Shown piece after piece: positions 41,014 to 51,818 of a DNA stretch of 64,000 bases (its first letter is position 1; every line of letters starts with the position of its first letter). The position numbers and the translations under genes are program-made. Source of the stretch: Alphaproteobacteria bacterium (lineage in GTDB: Bacteria > Pseudomonadota > Alphaproteobacteria > JASGCL01); NCBI GenBank assembly GCA_051010635.1, contig JBPCVJ010000022.1, positions 38,985 through 102,984 of the forward strand, given 5' to 3'. The notes beneath the pieces were generated by a model. It did no database searches. It saw only the letters and a program-made list of their open reading frames with translations, and had not been told where the DNA came from.

Positions 41014-43635
41014 ATGCAGGATAAAAAAACCAACCATCAACATCCATTTCATCAATTTATTCAAACATTATCCATTGGTCAGCATGATTATCATTATTAT
41101 CCTATTATCAGCATTGCCAAACATATCTTCAATGCCGATATAAAACAATTACCCCTATCATTAAAAATTTTATTTGAAAATGCACTGCGGCATGGCGATG
41201 CATCATCGGCAACCGAAATTATCGCTTGGTTAAAACATCAAACGAATAACAAAGAAATTGCTTTTCGCCCTGCTAGGATTTTGTTGCAAGATTTTACTGG
41301 CGTGCCAGCCATTGCCGATTTGGCGGCGATGCGTGATGCGATGAAAAATTTGCACCACGACCCTTCTGTTATCAACCCCACCATTCCAGTTGATTTGGTG
41401 ATAGATCATTCGGTGATGGTGAATGAATTTGGCAAAAGCGATTCATTGGCACATAATATGGCAATAGAATTTGAACAGAATCTTGAACGCTATGAATTCT
41501 TAAAATGGGGGCAAAATTCATTTAACAATTTACGCATCGTGCCACCCGGGCTTGGCATTTGCCATCAAATCAATATTGAATATTTGGCAAAGGTTATTTT
41601 TGCAAAAGATGATTTTCTCTACCCTGATAGTTTGGTCGGCACCGATAGCCACACCACCATGGTCAATGGGCTTGGTATCATTGGTTTTGGCGTCGGGGGT
41701 ATCGAAGCCGAGGCCGCCATGTTGGGACAACCTATCCCTATGGTATTGCCCGAGGTTATCGGTTTTAAATTGCACGGGCAATTACCCATTGCCACGACCG
41801 CCACCGACCTTGTTTTAACTGCCACCGAAATGTTGCGTAAAAAAAATGTCGTCAATAAATTTGTTGAATTCTATGGCGAGGGCGTGAAAGGTTTATCGCT
41901 TGAAACCCGTGCCACGCTTGCCAATATGGCACCCGAATATGGTGCAACCATCGGGCTATTCCCTATCGACCAAGAAACCATTCGCTATTTGCGTGCCACC
42001 AACCGCTCGCCCGAACATCTATCACGCATCAAGCATTATGCCAAAACCAATGGTATGTGGCATGATGCCACCACCTCTAATCCTATATTTAGCGATGAAT
42101 TGACATTGGATTTATCATCGGTTGAGCCATCGCTGGCTGGCCCAAAGCGCCCCCAAGATCGTGTGCCATTACATCAAGTTAAATCGGTTAGTTTATCCCT
42201 ATCCGATAACCAACCGCATCATACCCCGCAACATCTACCGCACCATGCGGTGGTGATAGCCGCCATCACATCATGCACCAACACATCTAATCCCTTTGTG
42301 ATGGTGGCGGCGGGGTTATTGGCAAAAAAAGCGGTGCACATCGGGCTCACCACCAAACCTTGGGTCAAAACATCGCTGGCACCTGGCTCACGGGTGGTGA
42401 TGGATTATCTAAAAAATGCCGACCTGTTAAAACCTTTGGAGACTTTGGGTTTTGGCATTGTGGGGTTTGGTTGCACCACCTGTATCGGCAACAGCGGGCC
42501 ATTAAAAAATAAAACCATCGAGGATGACATAAAACAAAATGATTTGATAGTTTCGGCGGTTTTATCTGGCAACAGAAATTTTGAAGGGCGCATCCACCCA
42601 TTGGTCAAGGCAAATTGGCTGGCATCGCCACCATTGGTGGTGGTATATGCCCTATTGGGGTCAACCGCCAAAGACCCAACCAGCGATATGTTGGGGCAAG
42701 ATAAAAATGGCAAGGCTATTTTCTTAAAAGATATTTGGCCAAGCAACCACGATATTCAAAATACCATTGATGAATTTATTACTCCAGCCATTTATAAACA
42801 ACGCTATGAAAATATTTTTCATGGCACCAATGAATGGCAAAATATCGCCAGCGATAATACCCCCGCTTTCAAATGGCGCCCTGCCTCGACCTATATTAAA
42901 AAACCACCTTTTTTTGATTTACCGCCGCCAAAAAAAATAACCGATATCACCGCTTGCAAGGTGTTGGCATTTTTGGGCGATTCTATCACCACCGACCATA
43001 TTTCCCCAGCGGGCTCTATCAAACCCGAAAGTCCAGCGGGTGATTACCTTAAACAGCATCAAGTGGCGGAGAAAAATTTTAACAGCTTCGGCGCCCGCCG
43101 TGGCAACCATGAGGTTATGATGCGTGGCACCTTGGCTAGTATTCGCTTAAAAAATGATTTGGTCGAAAAGGTCGGTGGCTTTACCCTATATGATAACCAA
43201 CCAACCACCATGTTTGATGCCGCCATGCAATATAAAAAAACCAACCAACCACTTTTGATTATAGCTGGGCATGAATATGGCACAGGTTCATCGCGCGATT
43301 GGGCGGCCAAAGGTGTAAAATTGCTTGGCGTCAAGGCGGTGGTGGCATTGAGTTTTGAACGCATCCATCGTTCCAATTTGATTGGTATGGGGGTTTTGCC
43401 GCTTGAATTTATTGATGAAGCAAATTATAAAAATCTATCGCTTGATGGTAAGGAATATTTTGATATTTTGGGGCTTGATAATTTATCACCCCAAAAAAAA
43501 TTAACCTTGGTTTTGCATCAAAACCAGCAAACACAAAATATAATGGTGAAGGCACGCATCGACAATGAAAGCGAATTACATTATTTCAAACAAGGTGGTG
43601 TGTTGCCCTTTATGTTGGGGCAAATGGCGGCATAA
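41014..43635 (+). CDS. acnA: aconitate hydratase A
   Basis: QDFTGVPA, GTDSHTTM, AAITSCTNTSN, GCTTCIGNSG, GSSRDWAAKG. Confidence 0.97.
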   Translation: MQDKKTNHQHPFHQFIQTLSIGQHDYHYYPIISIAKHIFNADIKQLPLSLKILFENALRHGDASSATEIIAWLKHQTNNKEIAFRPARILLQDFTGVPAIADLAAMRDAMKNLHHDPSVINPTIPVDLVIDHSVMVNEFGKSDSLAHNMAIEFEQNLERYEFLKWGQNSFNNLRIVPPGLGICHQINIEYLAKVIFAKDDFLYPDSLVGTDSHTTMVNGLGIIGFGVGGIEAEAAMLGQPIPMVLPEVIGFKLHGQLPIATTATDLVLTATEMLRKKNVVNKFVEFYGEGVKGLSLETRATLANMAPEYGATIGLFPIDQETIRYLRATNRSPEHLSRIKHYAKTNGMWHDATTSNPIFSDELTLDLSSVEPSLAGPKRPQDRVPLHQVKSVSLSLSDNQPHHTPQHLPHHAVVIAAITSCTNTSNPFVMVAAGLLAKKAVHIGLTTKPWVKTSLAPGSRVVMDYLKNADLLKPLETLGFGIVGFGCTTCIGNSGPLKNKTIEDDIKQNDLIVSAVLSGNRNFEGRIHPLVKANWLASPPLVVVYALLGSTAKDPTSDMLGQDKNGKAIFLKDIWPSNHDIQNTIDEFITPAIYKQRYENIFHGTNEWQNIASDNTPAFKWRPASTYIKKPPFFDLPPPKKITDITACKVLAFLGDSITTDHISPAGSIKPESPAGDYLKQHQVAEKNFNSFGARRGNHEVMMRGTLASIRLKNDLVEKVGGFTLYDNQPTTMFDAAMQYKKTNQPLLIIAGHEYGTGSSRDWAAKGVKLLGVKAVVALSFERIHRSNLIGMGVLPLEFIDEANYKNLSLDGKEYFDILGLDNLSPQKKLTLVLHQNQQTQNIMVKARIDNESELHYFKQGGVLPFMLGQMAA

Positions 43636-43646
43636 TAAAAAAAACC

Positions 43647-44972
43647 ATGGTGCAATTAAGCAATGATCATTTTGCCATCAAGCGAAAACAAGCTGGCAAA
43701 TATCAACCAAATGGTTTGATAAATTTATCAACCGCATTGGCAAGGTTAGAAAAAAAATTTCAAAAATCGCTTGGCAAAAAACCCATCGCCCATATCATAA
43801 AAAAAAATATTTTACAATCCATAGGTATGGTATCGGCTGAAAATGTTATCGCCAAAAACCCTGTGCCGCATTTTGCCAATAGCGCGGTTGATGGTTATGC
43901 ATTTTGTTTTGCTGATATTGTCAAACTTGCCAAAACGCAAAAACCCATCAGCCTGCCGATAGCGGGTAGCCATGTTGCCAAAGCACAAACCACCAAAACC
44001 ATATTACAAAAAAATACAGCGATAGAAATTTTTACTGGTGCGGCATTACCCAAAAATGCCGATTGCGTTATTATGAAAGAAGATATTGTGGTAAAAAACC
44101 ATTCCATCATCTTGCCAAACAACATCAGCGAAAAATTTATCGCCACCACCAATGTAAGGCAAATTGGCGATGATGTGGGCAAAAAACAATTATTATTAAA
44201 ACAAGGCGATACCATAACCGCTTTGCATATCGGTTTATTGGCGGCGCAAAATATCAAGCAAGTGATGGTGTTTCAGCCTTTAACCATAGCGGTTTTTTCA
44301 AGTGGCAATGAAATAAAATCATCTGGCAAATTATATATTGGTGAAATGTTTGATAGCAACCGACCGAGCATCATCAGCCTGCTTAACACATGGGGTTATC
44401 GGGTGATCGATGGCGGGCATATCATTGATGATAAAAAAATAATGGCAAAAAAATTATCCCGCTTTGCCAAAATATCTGATGTTATCATTACCACTGGCGG
44501 TATGGCGGTTGGCAAATACGACTTTACCGCGATGTTGCTAAAAAAATCGGCAATGGAATTTTATGGCATTGCCATGAAGCCCGGTCGCCCGATAGGTTTT
44601 AGCCATATCAATGGCAAACAATGGCTCGCCTTGCCCGGTAACCCCGTTGCGGTGATGATGGGGTTGTTTTTTCTTATCAAACCATTTTTAGGATTGCTAC
44701 AAGGGCGGGGCAAAATCATATTGCCCGACAGCCATCAAGTGATCGCCAATTTTGATATGAAAAAAAAATTGGGGCGATTAGAATTTGTAAGGGTAACATG
44801 GCAAAAAAAAAATGGAAAATATCTGGCAACAAAAATTGCAAAATCGGGGTCAGCCGTGCTATCATCTTTGGCGATGGCTGATGGTATTGTAGCGATCGAT
44901 GAAAATATCACCAGCATCGCCATAGGCGATTCATTAACCGCTTACAGCCTGAAAGAATTATTGCAACCTTAA
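43647..44972 (+). CDS. moeA: molybdopterin molybdenumtransferase
   Basis: NSAVDGYA, IFTGA, SSGNE, MKPGRP, LPGNP. Confidence 0.93.
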   Translation: MVQLSNDHFAIKRKQAGKYQPNGLINLSTALARLEKKFQKSLGKKPIAHIIKKNILQSIGMVSAENVIAKNPVPHFANSAVDGYAFCFADIVKLAKTQKPISLPIAGSHVAKAQTTKTILQKNTAIEIFTGAALPKNADCVIMKEDIVVKNHSIILPNNISEKFIATTNVRQIGDDVGKKQLLLKQGDTITALHIGLLAAQNIKQVMVFQPLTIAVFSSGNEIKSSGKLYIGEMFDSNRPSIISLLNTWGYRVIDGGHIIDDKKIMAKKLSRFAKISDVIITTGGMAVGKYDFTAMLLKKSAMEFYGIAMKPGRPIGFSHINGKQWLALPGNPVAVMMGLFFLIKPFLGLLQGRGKIILPDSHQVIANFDMKKKLGRLEFVRVTWQKKNGKYLATKIAKSGSAVLSSLAMADGIVAIDENITSIAIGDSLTAYSLKELLQP

Positions 44973-44979
44973 AAAAAAA

Positions 44980-45240
44980 ATGACCACCATCACCTTACGC
45001 TATTTTTCTTGGTTAAGAGAAAAATTACACAAAGACCGCGAGGTCATTACCCTATCGCCCGAAACCCATGATATAGCCGATGTGCTACGGGTGCTTTATC
45101 AACGGGGTGGCGATTATGATATTTTAAAACATAATCAAAAAATTTTACGCTATGCCCGCAACCAACAATTTGCCAAACAGAATGATAAAATAAAACATGG
45201 TGATGAAATAGCTATATTCCCCCCCATCACTGGCGGTTAA
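44980..45240 (+). CDS. moaD: molybdopterin synthase sulfur carrier
   Basis: YFSWLRE...GDEIAIFPPITGG C-terminus. Confidence 0.93.
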   Translation: MTTITLRYFSWLREKLHKDREVITLSPETHDIADVLRVLYQRGGDYDILKHNQKILRYARNQQFAKQNDKIKHGDEIAIFPPITGG

Positions 45241-45244
45241 AAAA

Positions 45245-45700
45245 ATGCAAAACAAAATTATTATCCAAAAAGAAACTATCCACCAACAGATGGTTTATGA
45301 TTTTTTACAACATCACGATGGTATGGTGGGGGCGATGGTGGTTTTTAATGGCGTGATGCGTCGCCACAATAAACAAGGCGATATAAAAAAAATTATCATA
45401 GAACATTATGATACAATGACCCATAGGGCGATAGATGATATTATCAACCATGCACGAAAAAAATTTATCATTGATAGGGTGATGGTGATGCATCGGGTTG
45501 GCGATATCAAGCCAAGCGACAATATCGTTATCGTCGGGGTGGCGGCGGCGCATCGGGCATCTGCCTTTCAGGCGGCCACCATGATAATGGATTTTTTAAA
45601 ATCCGATGTGCCGATTTGGAAAAAAGAAATCATGGCAAATGGCGAATCATGGGTCGAGCAAAAAACCAATGATAGGGAGAGTATAAAAAAATGGCAATAA
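45245..45700 (+). CDS. moaE: molybdopterin synthase catalytic subunit
   Basis: HRVG, AAHR..AF, MDFLKSDVPIWKKE. Confidence 0.93.
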   Translation: MQNKIIIQKETIHQQMVYDFLQHHDGMVGAMVVFNGVMRRHNKQGDIKKIIIEHYDTMTHRAIDDIINHARKKFIIDRVMVMHRVGDIKPSDNIVIVGVAAAHRASAFQAATMIMDFLKSDVPIWKKEIMANGESWVEQKTNDRESIKKWQ

Positions 45701-46188
45701 AAAAATCCCTTGCCAATATTTTTTTGCAAGAACGCTATCATGTTGAATTGGCAGATGCGGGTGATGCCGATTTGGTTGCCTTGCTAATCGATAAATTATT
45801 GCGTGAATCATTTTTTCCAGCCGATTTGCCCCGCCCCGAAGAAATTCAACAAACCACCGAATATCTTTTAAGCGATGGTCGCTATCAGGCTATATTGGCA
45901 TATGGCGAAGATAACCAAGCGGTCGGGGTGATGACGGTGGTGGAGGGCGTGGCATTGCGGTCACGGGGGCGTTATGGGCAAATTATGGGGATTTATGTTT
46001 CACCCAAACAACGCTCGAAAGGTATCGGTAAAGCCTTGATGGGTTTTCTTAAAGAACATGCCAAACAAAATAATTGGGCAAGGCTAGAGGTGGTGGTGCC
46101 ATCGCGCGGCGATGCACCCACCGCCGAAAAATTTTTTCAACATTCTGGTTTTTCTATCACTGGCAAATCGCTAACCATATTATTATAA
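45691..46188 (+). CDS. GNAT family N-acetyltransferase
   Basis: YVSPKQRSKGIGKAL motif A, A..FF...GF. Confidence 0.85.
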   Translation: MAIKKSLANIFLQERYHVELADAGDADLVALLIDKLLRESFFPADLPRPEEIQQTTEYLLSDGRYQAILAYGEDNQAVGVMTVVEGVALRSRGRYGQIMGIYVSPKQRSKGIGKALMGFLKEHAKQNNWARLEVVVPSRGDAPTAEKFFQHSGFSITGKSLTILL

Positions 46189-46194
46189 ATGTAA

Positions 46195-46641
46195 TTATTT
46201 TATCACCATCATATCACCGATGGTAATATGATATTGTTTGGCTTTGCCTGCCAAAATTTCCAATACCCATTTCACTGGCACTTTTGAACTGATAATTTTT
46301 TTACTATAGGGCACAGCATGGCTGGCAATGGTTTTCACCCGACCATCATGACCAATAAAAATCATATCAAGTGCTAATGGTGTGTTTTTCATCCACATCG
46401 ATACAATTTGTGGCTGGTCAAATAAAAATAACATCCCCCCCCTATCGGGCAAATGGTGGCGAAACATCAACCCCCTTTCACGGGTTTTTTCATTCATCGC
46501 ATATTCCACGGTTAAAGATATTTTTTCAAAACCAGAATCTTTATCAATAAAACCAATGGTAATTTTTTCTACCGCTATGGCAGTTTGTGGCATTGCCAAT
46601 AATGCCACCAACCACAGATTGATAAAAAAAAATTTCATCAA
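46195..46641 (-). CDS. DUF192 family exported protein
   Basis: RERGLMFR, GMLF, MWMKNTPLALDMIFI, VLEI. Confidence 0.9.
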   Translation of the reverse strand: MMKFFFINLWLVALLAMPQTAIAVEKITIGFIDKDSGFEKISLTVEYAMNEKTRERGLMFRHHLPDRGGMLFLFDQPQIVSMWMKNTPLALDMIFIGHDGRVKTIASHAVPYSKKIISSKVPVKWVLEILAGKAKQYHITIGDMMVIK

Positions 46642-46642
46642 A

Positions 46643-48058
46643 TTATTTCAAAAATAAATATTCTATCAAAAAATATATCGGCAATAAAATAACCAATGAA
46701 TAAAAACTATAGGCAAAAAAATGCGGTGCAGAAATTTTATATTGATTGGCAAGGGTTTTAACCATAAAATTAGGGGCATTGCCGATATAACTATTCGCCC
46801 CCATAAAAACTGCCCCCAATGAAATTGCCATCAACACCACCGATTTATTCAACATCAATTCTTCGGCTTGCCCGCCAGCCAATTGAAAAAATACCAAATA
46901 GGTCGGGGCATTATCTAGCGTGCTAGAAAAAAACCCAGTCAACCAAAAATATGCCGATGGATTATCAGCCCCCGAGCTTTGCATCAAATTATCAGCCAAG
47001 GCACGGCCGCCACTACCCGATAAAATATCTATCACTGGCATCAGGGTCATAAAAATACCAAAAAATAAAATTGCCAATTCACGCGGCGGGGCAAGATTAA
47101 AATCATTTTCCTTATGAATTTTTTTTGGCGTGGTGCGATAAGATAATATTGCCAATGACAAAAATACCACATCACGGGTTAAGGATTTTACTGCCACCCC
47201 AACCCCTAGCACCTCAACCACTTGATTATTATCCCACCAAGCGGTTAGTAGCAATGTCAAAACCACCCCGAACAAAAATAAAAAATTATGCGTGCCACGA
47301 ATTTTTAATTTGGCTGGTTTAAAATCATATTGTTTTTCACGCCGCCAAAGATAAACATCCACAACATAAAAAATCACAAGCACAATACTAGCGGTTAATA
47401 AAAATGGTGCCCACAGGTTTTGTAATGGCCAGAAAAAATCCACCCCACGCAAAAAACCCAAAAACAAAGGCGGGTCCCCCAATGGGCTCAATGCGCCACC
47501 AATATTTGCCACCAAAATAATAAAAAATACCACCAGATGCGATTGATGTTGGCGCCGCCTTGCCGCCACCAACAATGGCCGTATCAATAACATCGCCGCC
47601 CCCATCGTGCCCATCAAACTTGCCAACAGCGTGCCCACCAATAATAATTGTAAATTTTTATCAGGCCGCCCATCAAAATAACCATGGATGGTGATGCCGC
47701 CCGATATAACAAACAAGGTGGCAAGCAAAATAATAAATGGCAGATATTCATAAAATAGCATGGCGATCACCGCACTTATCGTATCATCAAAACCCAAAAG
47801 AAAAATCAATGGCACAAAAACCAATAACACCCAAAACAAGGTTATTTTATCAAAATGTTCGTCCCAAATATGATGAAAAAAAATTGGTGCCAATGCCAAA
47901 CATAATAACAAACCAATGAAGGGAAGAGCCCACAGCAAATTACCCGATTCAATCAAATGCCCTTCGCTGGCTGCCAATGCCAGCGATGGTGTAGAAAAAA
48001 TAATTGCCACAACAATAAAAAAAATTCTTGCCAAAGGTTTTATAAAGTTTTTTATCAT
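46643..48058 (-). CDS. putative sodium:proton antiporter (IT superfamily)
   Basis: Polytopic; ANIGGALSPLGDPPLFLGFL, LDNAPTYL, YIGNAPNFMV. Confidence 0.85.
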   Translation of the reverse strand: MIKNFIKPLARIFFIVVAIIFSTPSLALAASEGHLIESGNLLWALPFIGLLLCLALAPIFFHHIWDEHFDKITLFWVLLVFVPLIFLLGFDDTISAVIAMLFYEYLPFIILLATLFVISGGITIHGYFDGRPDKNLQLLLVGTLLASLMGTMGAAMLLIRPLLVAARRRQHQSHLVVFFIILVANIGGALSPLGDPPLFLGFLRGVDFFWPLQNLWAPFLLTASIVLVIFYVVDVYLWRREKQYDFKPAKLKIRGTHNFLFLFGVVLTLLLTAWWDNNQVVEVLGVGVAVKSLTRDVVFLSLAILSYRTTPKKIHKENDFNLAPPRELAILFFGIFMTLMPVIDILSGSGGRALADNLMQSSGADNPSAYFWLTGFFSSTLDNAPTYLVFFQLAGGQAEELMLNKSVVLMAISLGAVFMGANSYIGNAPNFMVKTLANQYKISAPHFFAYSFYSLVILLPIYFLIEYLFLK

Positions 48059-48108
48059 CGCTTGTTTTTTATAAATGAAATTGTTATGAAACCTACTATA
48101 AAATATTT

Positions 48109-49308
48109 ATGCTGTCAATTGCAAAAAATTATTATGGCAAAATTTTGTTGGTGCGTGCCGATTTGAATATGCCCATCAAACAACCCATCATCAGCGATAC
48201 CACCCGTTTAGAAAGGTTTTTGCCATCATTAAAAACTTGGCAGGCAGGGTCGGCAAGCAAGATAGTGGTGATGTCGCATCTTGGTCGCCCCAATGGAAAA
48301 AAAAATGCAAACGATAGTCTAAAACCGATCGCCGAAAAAATGGCTGACGAGTTAAAACAACAGGTTGTTTTTTTGCCCGATGTGGTTGGCGATGATATTG
48401 TAAAAACCATCAAACATTCTACGGCAAAAATTTTCCTTGGCGAAAATTTACGCTTTCATGCTGGCGAAGAAACCAATGATGCCAATTTTGCAAAATCACT
48501 ATCTGACAACGGGGATATATATATCAATGATGCTTTTTCCATTAGCCACCGCAAACACGCATCGCTTTGTGCTATTACAAAATTTTTGCCATCTTTTGCC
48601 GGGCCATCGCTGATGGCAGAGGTTACTGCCTTAGAAAAAATTTTTGTTGCACCAAAAAAACCAGTTATGGCGATCGTTGGTGGGGCAAAAATTTCTAGCA
48701 AAATTGCTATTTTAGAATTTTTATTGCCACGGCTTGACCATTTGGTGATAGCTGGTGCTATGGCAAATACATTCTTAAAAGCCAATAACATTGCCATCGG
48801 TGCATCATTGGTGGAGGATTCCCATATCCTGACCGCACAAAAAATTATTCAATCGGCAAAAACCCACCATTGCCATATCCATTTGCCACAAGATGTCGTG
48901 GTTGCCGATAGATTGGCAAGCGATGCCATCAGCAAAACAAAAAACCTCACCACCAGCATTGACCACCATGAAATGATATTGGATATTGGCGATGCCACCA
49001 TCGCCCATATTTCTAACATCATAGGCAATAGCAAAACCATCTTATGGAATGGACCGCTGGGTGCATTTGAAACCACGCCTTTTGATAAAGGCACCATTGC
49101 CATCGCAAAAAAAATTGCCAGCCTAACCAAACAAAATAAAATTATTTCCATAGCGGGCGGCGGTGATACGGCGGCGGCATTGCACCATGCCAAAGTGGCA
49201 AATGATTTCAGTTATCTTTCAACCGCGGGCGGGGCTTTTTTAGAATGGTTGGAGGGCAAAAAATTACCCGCCATTGTGGCATTGGAAAATAATAAAGAAT
49301 TTTTTTAA
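48109..49308 (+). CDS. pgk: phosphoglycerate kinase
   Basis: VRADLNMP, SHLGRP, ENLRF, GGAKISSK, WNGPLG.FE, GGGDT. Confidence 0.97.
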   Translation: MLSIAKNYYGKILLVRADLNMPIKQPIISDTTRLERFLPSLKTWQAGSASKIVVMSHLGRPNGKKNANDSLKPIAEKMADELKQQVVFLPDVVGDDIVKTIKHSTAKIFLGENLRFHAGEETNDANFAKSLSDNGDIYINDAFSISHRKHASLCAITKFLPSFAGPSLMAEVTALEKIFVAPKKPVMAIVGGAKISSKIAILEFLLPRLDHLVIAGAMANTFLKANNIAIGASLVEDSHILTAQKIIQSAKTHHCHIHLPQDVVVADRLASDAISKTKNLTTSIDHHEMILDIGDATIAHISNIIGNSKTILWNGPLGAFETTPFDKGTIAIAKKIASLTKQNKIISIAGGGDTAAALHHAKVANDFSYLSTAGGAFLEWLEGKKLPAIVALENNKEFF

Positions 49309-50054
49309 CCATTATTTTTCACCCCATCAATGTTTTTTTCGGCAAGGGTTATATCAGCCAGCGTGCCGATAGTAAAAAATTTTCCTGCCATCAATAAACC
49401 ATAAAGGCGCATCTTGGTTATCGCCCTATCATAAATTTTATTCAAAGAAAAAACATCGCCTTTCATATCGGCAAATAATTGACTGGTTAATATCTGCACC
49501 CCGCAAAACACCAGCGAATCATCGCCGCCATCTCGCTCAATCGGTATCGCACCATGATGCATAGCATCAGCTTTGAAATCACCATGCTTGATCGAGATTG
49601 CCACCATATTTTTTTTTTCAACCAAAGCCAACAGCCCTGCCATTTTTTTTTCATCAAAATGTTGTGAAAGGCGGTGTAGCCCATCGCCATTTTGCAAAAA
49701 CCCATCGCCATTGATAACCAAAAACGGCAAAGAAGTTGATGATAACAATGGCAGGGCATTTTTTACCCCGCCACCTGTTTCCAAAATAGTTGGTTCATAA
49801 ATAACATCATAAGAAATATCGCCAAGAATATTTGCCCCCACCCCCTTCATATAAGCATCTATCTGGGTTGCCAAATGATGGCTATTCAACACCACATGGC
49901 GAATGCTACCATAATTTTTTATTGCCCCCAAAACCCGTGACAGCACTGGCACACCACCAACCTCAACCAATGGTTTTGGTGTATGGTCGGTCAGCGGGGA
50001 TAATCTTTTGCCAAATCCTGCCGACAAAATAATAGCGGATTCTATCTGCACCAA
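49305..50054 (-). CDS. MurU-like nucleotidyltransferase
   Basis: LSAGFGKRLSPLTDHTPKPL, LETGGG, INGD. Confidence 0.85.
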   Translation of the reverse strand: MVQIESAIILSAGFGKRLSPLTDHTPKPLVEVGGVPVLSRVLGAIKNYGSIRHVVLNSHHLATQIDAYMKGVGANILGDISYDVIYEPTILETGGGVKNALPLLSSTSLPFLVINGDGFLQNGDGLHRLSQHFDEKKMAGLLALVEKKNMVAISIKHGDFKADAMHHGAIPIERDGGDDSLVFCGVQILTSQLFADMKGDVFSLNKIYDRAITKMRLYGLLMAGKFFTIGTLADITLAEKNIDGVKNNG

Positions 50055-50057
50055 TCT

Positions 50058-50648
50058 TTATATTATTTTACAAGCCTCATCAAATGGATGGCGGTAACCC
50101 CGTGGGTATAATTTTTTATTATCGCCATAACCAAGATTGCAAAGAAAATTTGATTTATAACGCCCATCGGCAAAAAATTCTTTATCCAGCTTATCATTAT
50201 TAAACCCCGACATACCGCAGGTATCAAGCCCTAACGCCCGTGCCGCCAATATAAAATACCCACCCTGCAATGAACCATTGCGAAAGGCTAAAGATTCTGC
50301 CGATTTGGCATTGTTGGCAAAATTATCTTTCATGTTTGGCACAGCGGGAAAAGTTTTTGGAAAATGTTCATAAAATTTTATATCATAAGCAATAATTGCC
50401 GTTGCCGCCGCCGCGCGGGTATGTTCCACATTGCCTGCCATCAACACGGGCAATAATCTTTGTTTGGCTTCTTGACTTACCACAAACACAATATGAATCG
50501 GCTGGGCATTGAGCGAGGTCGGCGCCCATTTCATCAAATCATAAATTTGGCGGAGAATTTTTTCATCCACCGCTTTATCTTGCCAACTATGATGGGTGCG
50601 GGCTTCGCTAAATAATAATTTTTGACCTTCAATTGGTAATTGCGGCAT
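50058..50648 (-). CDS. RutE/HadB-like nitroreductase (malonic semialdehyde reductase)
   Basis: LFSEARTH, APTSLNAQP, RNGSLQGGY, GMSGF, NFLCNLGYG. Confidence 0.88.
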   Translation of the reverse strand: MPQLPIEGQKLLFSEARTHHSWQDKAVDEKILRQIYDLMKWAPTSLNAQPIHIVFVVSQEAKQRLLPVLMAGNVEHTRAAAATAIIAYDIKFYEHFPKTFPAVPNMKDNFANNAKSAESLAFRNGSLQGGYFILAARALGLDTCGMSGFNNDKLDKEFFADGRYKSNFLCNLGYGDNKKLYPRGYRHPFDEACKII

Positions 50649-50695
50649 AATAATTTCCTTTTGTTTTTTATAAAATTTTTGATAGATGATAATAA

Positions 50696-50724
50696 AACAT
50701 AAAACGATTCTATTAAACTTGCAA
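50696..50724 (-). promoter_or_regulatory. putative promoter TTGCAA-N8-GAATC-N4-TATGTT
   Basis: 17-nt spacer containing GANTC, upstream of the rutE-like gene. Confidence 0.5.
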
Positions 50725-50754
50725 ACCATTTAAAAAAACCTTTTCATCAACACC

Positions 50755-51288
50755 ATGCTACATTTCATTTTGGGCGGACAATCTTCTGGTAAAACACGGC
50801 ACGGGCTTATGGTTAGCGAAAACTATGCCGCCACCAATCAATCACTCACCTATATTGCCACGGCTATCATTGGTTTGGCTGATAAGGAAATGAATGATAA
50901 AGCCCTTGCCCATCAAAAGGAACGAGCTTTGCGAAAAAAAAAATGGCACACCATAGAAGAAAGTTTTGAACTTGCACCCACAATAGAAAAAACCAATGGC
51001 GTCTTATTGATCGATAGTTTGACCCTATGGTTATTTAACATAACCCAACATGAAAAAAATGTCGCCATGGCGATCGATGGATTATTGACAGCCATCAAAC
51101 ATAACCCTGACAAAAAAATTATCATCATCAGCGATGAAATAAATTTTGCCCCTATCAGCCCCGACCAAACGACCCGCCATTTTTGTAAAACATTAGGTTC
51201 ATTGCATCAAGCCATCGCCCATATCGCCCATCTGGTTGAATTGATGGTGGCAGGTTTGCCATTAACCATAAAACATAACCCCGCTTAA
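50755..51288 (+). CDS. cobU: adenosylcobinamide kinase / cobinamide-phosphate guanylyltransferase
   Basis: GGQSSGKT, YIATA, H...R...WHTIEE, LIDSLTLW, VAGLP. Confidence 0.88.
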   Translation: MLHFILGGQSSGKTRHGLMVSENYAATNQSLTYIATAIIGLADKEMNDKALAHQKERALRKKKWHTIEESFELAPTIEKTNGVLLIDSLTLWLFNITQHEKNVAMAIDGLLTAIKHNPDKKIIIISDEINFAPISPDQTTRHFCKTLGSLHQAIAHIAHLVELMVAGLPLTIKHNPA

Positions 51289-51815
51289 ATGCGCGGCAAC
51301 AGCTCGGCAAAATTACAAGGGCGTTGGCGATTATCAAGTTGCGACAAAAGTATCATTTGCCATGCATCCTTGACTGCCGATGGGCTACCAGGTAGGGCGA
51401 ATAGCAACATCCCGCCTGCCACAAACCCGATCGCACGGGATTGCACGGTTGATGCACCAATTTTTTCATAAGATAATTGGCGAAACAATTCGCCAAACCC
51501 AACAATTTCCTTGCCATGGTGGTTTTTGGCAAATAATGACAAAGCCTCAGGGGTGATATCACGAGCCGTGATACCCGTGCCACCATTCAAAATCACCACC
51601 GATGTTTTTTTTTCGGCTTTAATTTTTTCTAACAAACCAACAATATCATCCAGCGAATCTTTGAGCAGATGACGCCCATGCAGACTATGCCCCGCATCAC
51701 GAATCATCGCAACCAACAGGTCGCCCGATTTATCATTGGTTAGATCCCGTGTATCCGATAATGTAACCAAGCTCATCGCCAAAGGCACAAAAGGCAAGGT
51801 TTCATCAAGTGGCAT
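51285..51815 (-). CDS. moaB: molybdenum cofactor biosynthesis protein B
   Basis: SDTR...DKSG, GGTGITARDITPE, LPGS, RPCNF. Confidence 0.92.
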   Translation of the reverse strand: MPLDETLPFVPLAMSLVTLSDTRDLTNDKSGDLLVAMIRDAGHSLHGRHLLKDSLDDIVGLLEKIKAEKKTSVVILNGGTGITARDITPEALSLFAKNHHGKEIVGFGELFRQLSYEKIGASTVQSRAIGFVAGGMLLFALPGSPSAVKDAWQMILLSQLDNRQRPCNFAELLPRI

Positions 51816-51818
51816 TTT

